From Histomonas meleagridis 2922-C6/04-290x (Eukaryota; Protista; Parabasalia), in assembly GCA_020184695.1 (NCBI GenBank), contig JAANOX010000034.1:496001-560000 (forward strand): a stretch of 64,000 bases of DNA. The letters run 5' to 3'. Made by a program: the position numbers and the translations under genes. Under the pieces are notes generated by a model. It was not told the DNA's origin. It worked only from the letters and a program-made list of their open reading frames with translations, and searched no databases. Shown here one piece after another: positions 53,514 through 64,000 of the stretch. Positions within the stretch are counted from its first letter, which is position 1; the number at the start of each line of letters is the position of its first letter.

Positions 53514-53862
53514 CCTTTAGTAAAAATAAATTATTTTTTTTTAAACCAAAAACCGTTATAAAGTTCTTTTTAAAGTTCCTTCAGGAGAACCTTTTACTGA
53601 CTACATTCCTTTTTCATATTTAAGAGCGAACAGACCTGGAGAAATGAGTGATCTTGATATAGAATTCCTTTATAACTTTCACTTCTATTCTGATTTATTT
53701 TTACATTACTGACATTACACATTACATGTGTTAATAGTATATATATTTAACAGTTAATTTTTTATTAACGGCTACTTTGTGGCCTATTAAATAATTATTT
53801 TTTAAAAGTAATGATTTTCAAATTATATGTTTATGCATTTGAATTTAACATATAATTATTTT

Positions 53863-56800
53863 CTATCTATATTTTTCAAGTAATTTTATAATTTCAATAT
53901 CCCCTTTCTTAGTTGCATATGTAAAAGCTGTTTCTTTCATTTGATTGAAATTCCAAATTTGATTTTATAATTTTAATTATTAAATTGATAAATCTTTTAA
54001 AATATTTGAACATCTTTCATATTTATATCAATATTATCATTTTTAAGTAATATTTTAATAACTTCAATCTTTTTATTCTCAATCGCTTTGATAAGTGCTG
54101 TTTTATAAAATTTAATGATTTTCCAAATATAATTTTGATATCCAAAAAATTTCATAGAAAAATTATTATCAAAAAATAAATATTTTTAGCATTAATATCA
54201 ATTCCTTTATGTTCAAGAAGTAATTTGACTATTTCTGTGTGGCCTTTTTCAGATGCTTTAATAAGTGTTGTATTAAATAATTTAAATAATTTCCAAATAT
54301 TATTTCAAAATAAAAAATTATTAAAATGAATATCAAATAGAACAATTAAATAGTTTTAGCATTAATATCAATTCCTTTATGTTCAAGAAGTAATTTAACT
54401 ATTTCCGTATGACCACTTTCAGATGCTAAAATAAGTGCTGTTCTAAATAATTTAAATAATTTCCAAATATAATTTTAAAATAGGAAATTATATAATCAAA
54501 TCTCAAATAAAACAAATAAATATCTTTAGCATTAATATCAATTTCTTTATGTTCAAGAAGTAATTTAACTATTTCTATATAATTATTGAAAGATGCAATC
54601 ATAAGTGCTGTCCAAAATGATTTAAATAAATTCCAAATAGTATTTTGAAATATCAAATTATTAAAATAAATACCAAATAAAACAAATAAATATTTTTTTT
54701 TCATTAATATTAATTCCTTTATGTTCAAGAAGTAATTTGACTATTTCTGTGTGACCTTTTTTTCAGATGCTAAAATAAGTGCTGTTTTAAATAATTTAAA
54801 TAAATTCTAAATATTATTTTTAAACATCAAATTATAAAAATAAATCTTAAATAAAACAAATAAATATTTTTAGCATTAATATCAATTTCTTTATGTTCAA
54901 GAAGTAATTTAACTATTTCTATATAATTATTGAAAGATGCAATCATAAGTGCTGTCCAAAATGATTTAAATAAATTCCAAATAGTATTTTGAAATATCAA
55001 ATTATTAAAATAAATACCAAATAAAAACAAATAAATATTTTTTAACATTAATATTAATTCCTTTTATGTTCAAGAAGTAATTTGACTATTTCTGTGTGAC
55101 CTTTTTCAGATGCTAAAATAAGTGCTGTTTTTTAAATAATTTAAATAAATTCTAAATATTATTTTTAAACATCAAATTATAAAAAAATAAATCTTAAATA
55201 AAACAAATAAATATTTTTAGCATTAATATCAATTTCTTTATGTTCAAGAAGTAATTTAACTATTTCTATATAATTATTGAAAGATGCAATCATAAGTGCT
55301 GTCCAAAATGATTTAAATAAATTCCAAATAGTATTTTGAAATATCAAATTATTAAAATAAATACCAAATAAAACAAATAAATATTTTTAGCATTAATATT
55401 AATTCCTTTATGTTCAAGAAGTAATTTGACTATTTCTGTGTGACCTTTTTCAGATGCTAAAATAAGTGCTGTTTTAAATAATTTAAATAAATTCTAAATA
55501 TTATTTTTTTAAACATCAAATTATAAAAATAAATCTTAAATAAAACAAATAAATATTTTTAGCATTAATATCAATTTCTTTATGTTCAAGAAGTAATTTA
55601 ACTATTTCTATATAATTATTGAAAGATGCAATCATAAGTGCTGTCCAAAATGATTTAAATAAATTCCAAATAGTATTTTGAAATATCAAATTATTAAAAT
55701 AAATACCAAATAAAACAAATAAATATTTTTAGCATTAATATTAATTCCTTTATGTTCAAGAAGTAATTTGACTATTTCTGTGTGACCTTTTTCAGATGCT
55801 AAAATAAGTGCTGTTTTAAATAATTTAAATAAATTCTAAATATTATTTTTAAACATCAAATTATAAAAATAAATCTTAAATAAAACAAATAAATATTTTT
55901 AGCATTAATATCAATTTCTTTATGTTCAAGAAGTAATTTAACTATTTCTATATAATTATTGAAAGATGCAATCATAAGTGCTGTCCAAAATGATTTAAAT
56001 AAATTCCAAATAGTATTTTGAAATATCAAATTATAAAAATAAATATTTTTAGCATTAATATCAATTCCTTTTTGTTCAAGAAGTAATTTAACTATTTCTG
56101 TGCGATCTTTTTCAGATGCTTTAATAAGTGCTGTTTCAAATAATTTAAATGATTTCCAAATATTATTTTGAAACATCAAATTAATAAAACAAGCATAAAG
56201 TTTAAAAATTAAATATTTTTAGCATTAATATCAATTCCTTTTTGTTCAAGAAGTAATTTAACGATTTCTGTGTGACCTTTTTCAGATTTTAAAATAAGTG
56301 CTGTATTAAATAATTTAAATAATTTCCAAATATTATTTTGAAACATCAAATTAATAAAACAAGCATAAAGTTTAAAAATTAAATATTTTTAGCATTAATA
56401 TCAATTCCTTTTTGTTCAAGAAGTAATTTAACTAATTCATTTTTACCATTTTCTATTGCAAACATTAATGCTGTTCCAAAAAATTTAAAGAATTTTCAAA
56501 TAATATTTTGATATAAATCATTTACATAAACATTAAATGAAAGAAATATATAGTTTCCTGATTAATATCAAAAATATTTTCAGTAATTAAGTAATTAAAA
56601 AGTTCTTTATTATTATAAATGGATGAAATATCGTAAATATTTAATGGAAATGAATTTATTTTCAGGAAATATTGTAGAATGAATATATTTCCTGTTTCCA
56701 ATGAAGTAGTGATTAAAAATTTAATGATATTCATTCCATTTTTTATCAAAAATAGAAGAATTTCATAGTTATGATATAGAATGCAAAACCTTCCTAAGTA

Positions 56801-57748
56801 TTCCAAATTATTAAATTTTTCAATTTTGTTTTCATAAAGATAAAAAAATATATCATTTTTGTGAAATTTTATTGATATTTCATACGAGCCTTTAAATGAT
56901 GAATGATTTTGTTCACATAAATGAATGATTTCAAGATTTCCACCTGCAATTGCATATTTGCCTATATATTTTGTTTTAGCACCATTTATAAGTAAATATT
57001 TAAAACATTTAACTGATGAAAAAAATGCTGCATAATCAATTAATGAAACTTCTTCATTAATAAAAGAACATCTTTCATAAAGTGATGGTTCGATTTTTTG
57101 ATTAATGTTAAAATCACTTTGTGATGATATTTCTTGAAGTTTTTCAATTTCATCATTTCGAATTATTTTTGCAATTTCATTTGGATTATGTCCTTCTTCA
57201 ATGAATTGCTTATGAAGCTTAAAATCATTTTGTGAAAGTTTTTCATAATTATCTAAAATTTCATTTTGAAATTCGGATTTTGTTTGACATATTTCTTCTT
57301 TTGGAATGCGTTGAAGAAAATATATTGAGTTTTTAATTACAGTCATTTTTTCTTTAATTAACTTATTTTCAAGTAATTTATAAAGAATATAATAATATTC
57401 TTGTGTTTCAGTACAAATTAGAAAATATTCAAAAATATTTATAATTTTATTTTTTGTTTCTTTATTTTCTTCTTCTTTGATTTGAAGTTGTCTTAAAAAT
57501 TCACAAATTATGTTAATATTATAATTTCCTGATATGTAATATACATATATCATTTGACATATCAAAAGTTTAAATGAAAAAGGAAACTTATTATTTTCGA
57601 ATACTAATATTGATTCAACTGTTTTTGAAATATTATTTTCATCCACTTCAAAAATAAGCTTTTCGATTTGTTGTAATACTTCTATAGTGACTTCCGTTTT
57701 AACAATTCCTTTGGTTTGAACTTTTTCGTGTGAAATATTTCCTCCCAT
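53863..57748 (-). CDS. DUF3447-ankyrin protein; intact 408-aa N-terminus followed by an ankyrin array broken by 16 spacers
   Basis: MGGNIS start, DUF3447 (SLIDYAAFFSSVKCFKYL, KYAIAGGNLEIIHLCEQ), repeat units, cap KETAFTYATKKGDIEIIKLLEKYR* at 53863. Confidence 0.75.
54560..56050 (-). repeat. Near-identical ~340-bp dimer (NNYIE-type plus EKGHTE-type repeat) tandemly amplified about 4.5 times
   Basis: Alternating units differ mainly in homopolymer length. Confidence 0.85.
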
Positions 57749-58895
57749 TTATCATAAATCAGAATTTCAATACTTTACCACAAATTTGGTCGACAATATA
57801 TATACATATGATTGGTATTCACTTAATGAAATGATAAATTCAACTTTTTCAATCATATTTAAAGTTCTTATGCATGTAATGCTATCTCTATTAGGTTGAT
57901 TTGATTATATTTTAGGATACTTGTATTCCTATGAATATAAATTGGTCTGTAAATAAAAAAGTTATTCATTAAGTAATTAGCTAATTTTATTCATAATATT
58001 AAATTTATACTTACTACCTGTTGGTAAAACATTACAACTTCGGTTTATTATATAAAATTATATACATGTATTATTATTTAAGACTTCTAAGAAAGAAGAA
58101 GTATTAAAGAAAATAAGTATTTATTTTTTAGTGAATAAATAGGTTCAAGATTCTTTATAATAAATAATATTGGATAATAATTTTGAGCTTAGACTTTTGT
58201 TTAAATTCTGTGAAGTTTTATGTATGAAAAAACAATATGATTACTTATATTTTGATATATAAAATAAATTTTTATATTATTATAACATGAATATCTATTA
58301 AATTATATTGTATTTATCGTTTTTATATAATTTACTTAAATTGATTAGTGGGATGTAGAGAAAAGAAATGTTTTCAAAACTTCATAGTCTCCAATAGTTA
58401 AAAAACTCAAAAATGTAATCGAGAAAAAGTTTATAATTAGATATTTTTTTTTAACATATATAAAAAATATAAAAAAGTATATTCAGAATTGAAAAATATA
58501 CTAATAGAAAACACTGTATATAAAGTAATTTCAAGAAGATTTATAAAAAATTTAAAAAAGTGAATTTATCAGATTTATCTGTAAATACATGGTATTAAAA
58601 GAGGAATAATTTTAAGATATTCATAAAATGCAATGTATTCATCATGAATCATGATATATCTCTGACTTATAATCAAGTAAAATATTTCTCTCAATTAAAA
58701 GCCAAATGGCATCTTTCAAAACATATTTTACGTCTAAATCGATTCCCACAGTTATTTGTGGAGGAAGAATTCAATGTAATGGATTCAATATTTGCTCGAA
58801 GCGTCTGGTAGATTTGTATATCAATTGAAAATATTACTCGGATTATACTCAAATCCCGAGAGGGAGGTTAATCGTTCAATCAACCAAAACTCTCA

Positions 58896-60003
58896 ATGGT
58901 TTCCTTGTTCGTCTTTCTACTTGCGTTCTATGCTAGATCAGAAGCACTCACGATTTCAGACAATCAGAAAATTGTTAAGGACAATATGGATCACATAAAA
59001 CTGATTATCTTATCATTTCAAAAGATGTTGAAATAATTTGTGAATATTCATTTTAGCAATTGATAAAAATGTCAACATTAGTGATGATGTTTTAACAACC
59101 GAACAATCCGCCCCCTCAAGCTGTAACGAATTAGTATCCATTGGTATTGGCAAAAATTTAAAGACAATTGGATCCTCAGCTTTTGATACTTGCCAATCGT
59201 TAATTCACATTAATATACCTGATACTGTTACTCATCTTAGTTCCAGAATCTTTTATTTTTGCACCAAGTTACAAAACCTACAAATGGTCAAAATACTGTG
59301 TTATTGCAAACGAAACATTTCATGGATGTGGTTTGTAGCTTTTTACAATTCCTAAAACAGTTAAAACCATTGGTTGGTATGCATTCCAAAACTGTAATCA
59401 TATGGAAACAGTTATTTTCGAGAAGGAATTGACCTTAAAGAGTTATCACATGACATATTTCATCAATGTGAAGAATTAGTTAACATTAAGATTACAAGCA
59501 CAGTCTCTTCAATTGGTGAATATACTTTTTGTTCATGCCTCAGATTAAAAGAGATTAAAAATTTGGTTACATCCATTGCTGGCAACACCTTCGAAGAATG
59601 CAAACTTTTGACTTCAATTGTATTTGGCGAAAAAGTCGAAACAAATGGAATCGAAGCATTTTCTGGTTGTTCTAATTTGAAGGACATAACAATACCAAAC
59701 TCCGTTATCACACTAAAGAATACGCATTCCATAACTTAGCTTCAATTACAATTGGCAAAAACGTGAACACCATTGATACAAATGCGTTTTTGGATTGCGG
59801 AGAACTCAAATATATTCGCTACAATGGCACTAAGGAGCCGAAGTGCGTCGACAGTTGTAGCTACAACTGTTTACGTCGGCAAAGATTACGAAGATAAAAC
59901 ATTTGGTGGAATCCAAGTTACCATAGACGAAGAGAAAAAGCCGGAACCAAAACCGGAAGAGACAGTGAATGAAGATAAGGAGACAAAAAATGATCTGAAA
60001 TTA
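58896..60003 (+). pseudogene. BspA-like LRR pseudogene
   Basis: Signal peptide MVSLFVFLLAFYARSEA, TpLRR motifs (IGSSAFDTCQSL, IGWYAFQNC, IGEYTFCSC), several stops and frameshifts, cut by the mariner. Confidence 0.8.
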
Positions 60004-61299
60004 TATAGGGGGGACGGAAATGTTTTATCCTAAATATAATAGAATCGAAATAAAAGATTTTAATTATTTTTTTTAGGTTTACTTATGATAGTAGTTACCT
60101 TTGTTCTTTATCACCCATTGACATCTTTCAATCCATTCTTCACAAAAACTTTTGCTAAAGTATCCTTTGAAATTTCACACAAAATTTCAGTTATTTTATC
60201 GTGCAATTGTTGAAAATCATCGAATTTTTCTCCTTCTAGTTGATTTTTTAAAAAACCAAATAAAAAGAAATATGAAGGAGCAAGATCTGGTGAATATGGT
60301 GGCTGTGGAGCTCTTTTAAAACCATTATCAACCAAAAATTTAGTTGAAGCATTAGAGGTATGGGGAAATGCATTATCGTAATGTAAAACATATGGGTTTT
60401 CATTGGGCTTTTTTCTTTGTGGGTATACAATTTGCTTCAAGGGTTTAATTATATTATTAATAAAATACTTTGAGTTAAATTTTTCACCATCTTTCATAAT
60501 ATCAATCATAAAGAATTGATCAATATTCCAAAAGATAGTTACCATATATTTTATCGTGTCAATTTTTGTATCGATAATTTCAGGTAAATTATATCTTGAT
60601 TGTGACCACATATGCTTGTGATCATATGATAAGAAAAATTATGATTCATCCCCAGTTATGATTCTATGGAAACCTTTTCTCTTACTAACTTTTAAGAAAT
60701 CAAGAAGCTCAGTTGCTTTTCGCACTCTTTTTTCTTTCATTTCACATGTCAGTTCATATGGAACCACTCTTAAATTATAATAATGGTTGCCTAATTTATT
60801 GAGGTGATCATTTATGGTGGATCGTGGTATAGATAAGGTATCACTTAATGCGGATGTCGAATGAAATGGTTCCATTTCGAGTGCAGCCAAAATTTTTGAA
60901 TCAATGAAATCAAGTACTGGTCTTCCTGGACTTTGAATGTTTGTTATTTCAGATCTCCCTAATTTAAATTGATGCACCCAATATTTTATGATATTAATAT
61001 CAAGTGCATCTTGGTGATAAACATCATCTAACTCTTGTTTAATTTGGCTGAGTTTAAAGCCTTTTCTTTTCAGGAAAAATATGACTGCTCTTTGTTCGAC
61101 TTCCATAAAAATGAAAAATGTTTAGCAAGAATGACAATATGAAAGTTTATTTTTGACATTTTTTCGATATATAAAATATTTCTGATCTCAAAAATTATAT
61201 CATTATTATTACAGTCTTTTGTATTTTTATATATATAATTTTTATTAAAAAAAAATAAAAGGATCCTATTTAGGATAAAACATTTCCGTCCCCCCTATA
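60004..61299 (-). mobile_element. Mariner (Tc1/mariner, DD34D-type) DNA transposon, ~1.3 kb, inactivated
   Basis: 33-bp perfect TIRs (60004-60036 and 61267-61299), TA at both flanks (exact end ambiguous within TATATA). Confidence 0.92.
60079..61106 (-). pseudogene. Mariner transposase pseudogene
   Basis: HTH (PGRP), ITGDES* (TAA at the usual W), HYDNA, YSPDLAPSY (third Asp replaced by Tyr), frameshift before EEWIERCQWVIKNKGNYY. Confidence 0.9.
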
Positions 61300-61301
61300 T
61301 A

Positions 61302-61483
61302 TATTGCAATATTGTAAGCTGTTGGAAAACCATAAGTTTTCGAGAGCTTCAAAATATCTTTGAAGAATGAATGGAGATGTTAAACTGGGTCATTGAAAAC
61401 AATGGGTAATACCTTATCAAATCTAAATCAAATTTTTTTTACTGGTTGAAATCGGAAAAGTGGTTATTATTTATTTACCTACT
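61302..61483 (+). mobile_element. 3' remnant of an older, oppositely oriented mariner
   Basis: YCNIVSCWKTISFRELQNIFEE*MEMLNWVIENNG*Y followed by a TIR-like end ...tatttacctacTA. Confidence 0.55.
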
Positions 61484-61487
61484 AAAC

Positions 61488-64000
61488 TTATTTATATTTT
61501 TCAAGTAATTTTATAATTTCAATATCCCCTTTCTTAGTTGCATATGTAAAAGCTGTTTCTTTCATTTGATTGAAATTCCAAATTTGATTTTATAATTTTA
61601 ATTATTAAATTGATAAATCTTTTAAAATATTTGAACATCTTTCATATTTATATCAATATTATCATTTTTAAGTAATATTTTAATAACTTCAATCTTTTTT
61701 TATTCTCAATCGCTTTTAATAAGTGCTATTTTATAAAATTTAATGATTTTCCAAATATAATTTTGATATCCAAAAAATTTCATAGAAAAATTATTATCAA
61801 AAAATAAATATTTTTAGCATTAATATCAATTCCTTTATGTTCAAGAAGTAATTTGACTATTTCTGTGTGGCCTTTTTCAGATGCATTCATAAGTGTTGTA
61901 TTAAATAATTTAAATAATTTCCAAATATTATTTTGTAATCCAAAATTATTAAAATAAATATCAAATAAATCTAACAAAGATTTTTAGCATCAATGTCGAT
62001 TCCTTCTTGTTCGATAAGTAATTTAGAGATTTTGATGTTACCATTTTCAGATGCAATCATGAGTGCTGTACTAAATAATTTAAATGATTTCCAAATATTA
62101 TTTTGAAATATTAAATTATTAAAATAAATATAAAATAATACTAATAAATATTTCCTTTGGCATTAATATCAATTCCTTTATGTTCAAGAAGTAATTTAAC
62201 TATTTCTGTATTCCCATTTTCAGATGCTACTATAAGTGCTGTTTTAAATAATTTAAATAATTTCCAAATATTATTTTGAATTTTTAAATTATTAAAATAA
62301 ATATCAAATAAAACAAATAAATATCTTTAGCATTAATATTAATTCCTTTATGTTCAAGAAGTAATTTAACTATTTCTGTATAACCTTTTGAAGATGCTTC
62401 AATAAGTGCTGGACTAAATAATTTATATGATTTCCAAATATTATTTTAAAATCCAAAATTATAAAAATAAATCTTAAATAAAACAAATAAATATCTTTAG
62501 CATTAACATCAATTCCTTCTTGTTCAAGAAGTAATTTAACTATTTCTATATTATTTTTTATAGATGCTCTAATAAGTGCTGTTTGAAATAATTTAAATAA
62601 ATTCTAAACATTGTTTTGAAATTAGAAATTATAAAAATAAATCCCAAATAAATAAAATAAATACTTTTAGCATTAATATCAATTCCTTTATGTTCAAGAA
62701 GTACTTTAACTATTTCTGTATTACCATCAGAAGATGCTCTAATAAGTGCTGTCATAAATAATACAAATAATTTTCAAATATTATTTTGAATTATCAAATT
62801 ATTAAAACAAATTTTAAATAAAACAAATAAAAATCTTTAGCTTCAATATCAATTCCCTTTTTTTTAAGAAGTATTTTAACTGTTTCTGTTTGACCATTTT
62901 TAGATGCCATCATAAGTGCTGTATTAAATAATTTAAATAATTTTTAAATATTATTTTGAAATATTAAATTATTAAAATAAATATCAAATAAAACAAACAA
63001 ATATTTTCTTTAGCATTAAGATCAATTCCTTTATGTTCAAGAAGTAATTTAACTATTTCTGTATGACCATTCCAAGATGCTAAAATAAGTGCTGTCCAAA
63101 ATAATTTAAATAATTTTTAAATATTATTTTGAAATATAAAACTATTAAAATAAATATCAAATAAAACAAATAAATATCTTTTACATTAACATCAATTCCT
63201 TTATGTTCAAGAAGTAATTTAACAATTTCTGTATAACCATTTTCAGATGCCATCATAAGTGCTGTTTTAAATAATTTAAATAATTTTTAAATATTATTTT
63301 GAAATAGAAAATTATTTAAATAAATATCAAATAAAACAAATAAATATTTTTAGCATTAACATCAATTCCTTTATGTTCAAGAAGTAATTTAACAATTTCT
63401 GTATAACCATTTTCAGATGCCATCATAAGTGCTGTTTTAAATAATTTAAATAATTTTTAAATATTATTTTGAAATATAAAATTATTAAAATAAATCCAAA
63501 ATAAAACAAAAAAATATCTTTTGCATTAATATCAATTCCTTTTTGTTCAAGAAGTAATTTAACTATTTCTGTATAATTATTGAAAGATGCCCACATAAGT
63601 GCTGTCATAAATAATTTATATAATTTCCAAATATTATTTTGAAATATCAAATTATTAAAATAAATACCAAATAAAACAAATAAATATCTTTAGCATTAAT
63701 TCCTTTTTGTTCCAAAAAATATTTAACAAGTTCAATGTTTCCAGATTTTGATAAAAAACGTATAATATCGTTTGGAATTTGATTGAATTTAAGTAAATAT
63801 TTGATAAGAAATAAATTTCCAATTCTTGCTGATTTTTTGATAATTTCATAATTGATCTTCATTCCTTCTTTTAATAAAAATGAAAAAATATCATAATTAT
63901 GATTTGAAACACAAATTTTCCCTAATTCTTCTATTTGGTTAATTTCAATTATTTTATTATCATAAAGATAATGAAAAATATCATTTTGATGAAATTCTAT
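61488..64000 (-). CDS. DUF3447-ankyrin protein (5' end outside window) with 13 spacers of exactly 80 nt
   Basis: 170-nt period; inner coding blocks stop-free; cap ...LLEKYK* at 61488. Confidence 0.75.

Noticed and set aside
54680-55520. Frameshifts within coding blocks of the amplified dimer (also 61690-61720)
   Set aside because: All lie in A/T homopolymers that differ between otherwise identical copies; probably long-read errors
53863-56550. CRISPR-like repeat-spacer array
   Set aside because: Eukaryotic context; 'repeats' are ankyrin codons, 'spacers' are mutually homologous, and there are no cas genes
58500-58800. Possible transposase remnant upstream of the BspA pseudogene
   Set aside because: Only short stop-riddled peptides; no recognisable motif or TIR
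61900-63700. Canonical GT-AG splicing of the ankyrin spacer using GTTTT (spacer nt 9) and the ACAG in the Thr-Ala codons
   Set aside because: It removes 76 nt and leaves 94 nt per unit, which is out of frame. The GT is missing in several copies and there is no ACTAAC branch motif.
61900-63700. Programmed -1 frameshift through each spacer
   Set aside because: No conserved slippery heptamer; early stops occur in several copies; it would add about 27 hydrophobic residues per repeat and need more than 10 successive shifts. Not strictly excluded.

Overview
AT-rich, gene-dense eukaryotic DNA with parabasalid hallmarks: TCAYT initiator motifs close to ATGs, stop codons embedded in TAAA, no recognisable spliceosomal introns, BspA LRR genes, DUF3447-ankyrin genes and mariner elements. 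A Histomonas/Tritrichomonas-like source is an inference. Housekeeping genes include ENY2-like, DENN, DHHC, Atg18/WIPI, Sec23/24, USP, TAF5-like, BLTP2-like, Rab-like, eIF2-beta, S8 protease, RPA2 and BRO1. They are interspersed with decayed BspA genes, mariner elements and several ankyrin arrays. Main observation: in these arrays each ~90-nt stop-free ankyrin coding block is followed by an AT-rich spacer of exactly 80 nt at the same hairpin-loop position. By hand count this holds for 13/13 spacers at 61.5-63.7 kb, 4/4 at 15.4-16.0 kb and 11/16 at 53.9-56.6 kb, even where spacer sequence has diverged. The spacer breaks the frame, often carries stops, and has no usable GT-AG or parabasalid branch motif. 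It is a candidate non-canonical intron or recoding system. Other points of note: an acidic, tail-less single-chain H2B-H2A histone doublet head-to-head with RPA2, a tRNA-Ile with a GAU anticodon, and a captured eIF2-beta fragment.
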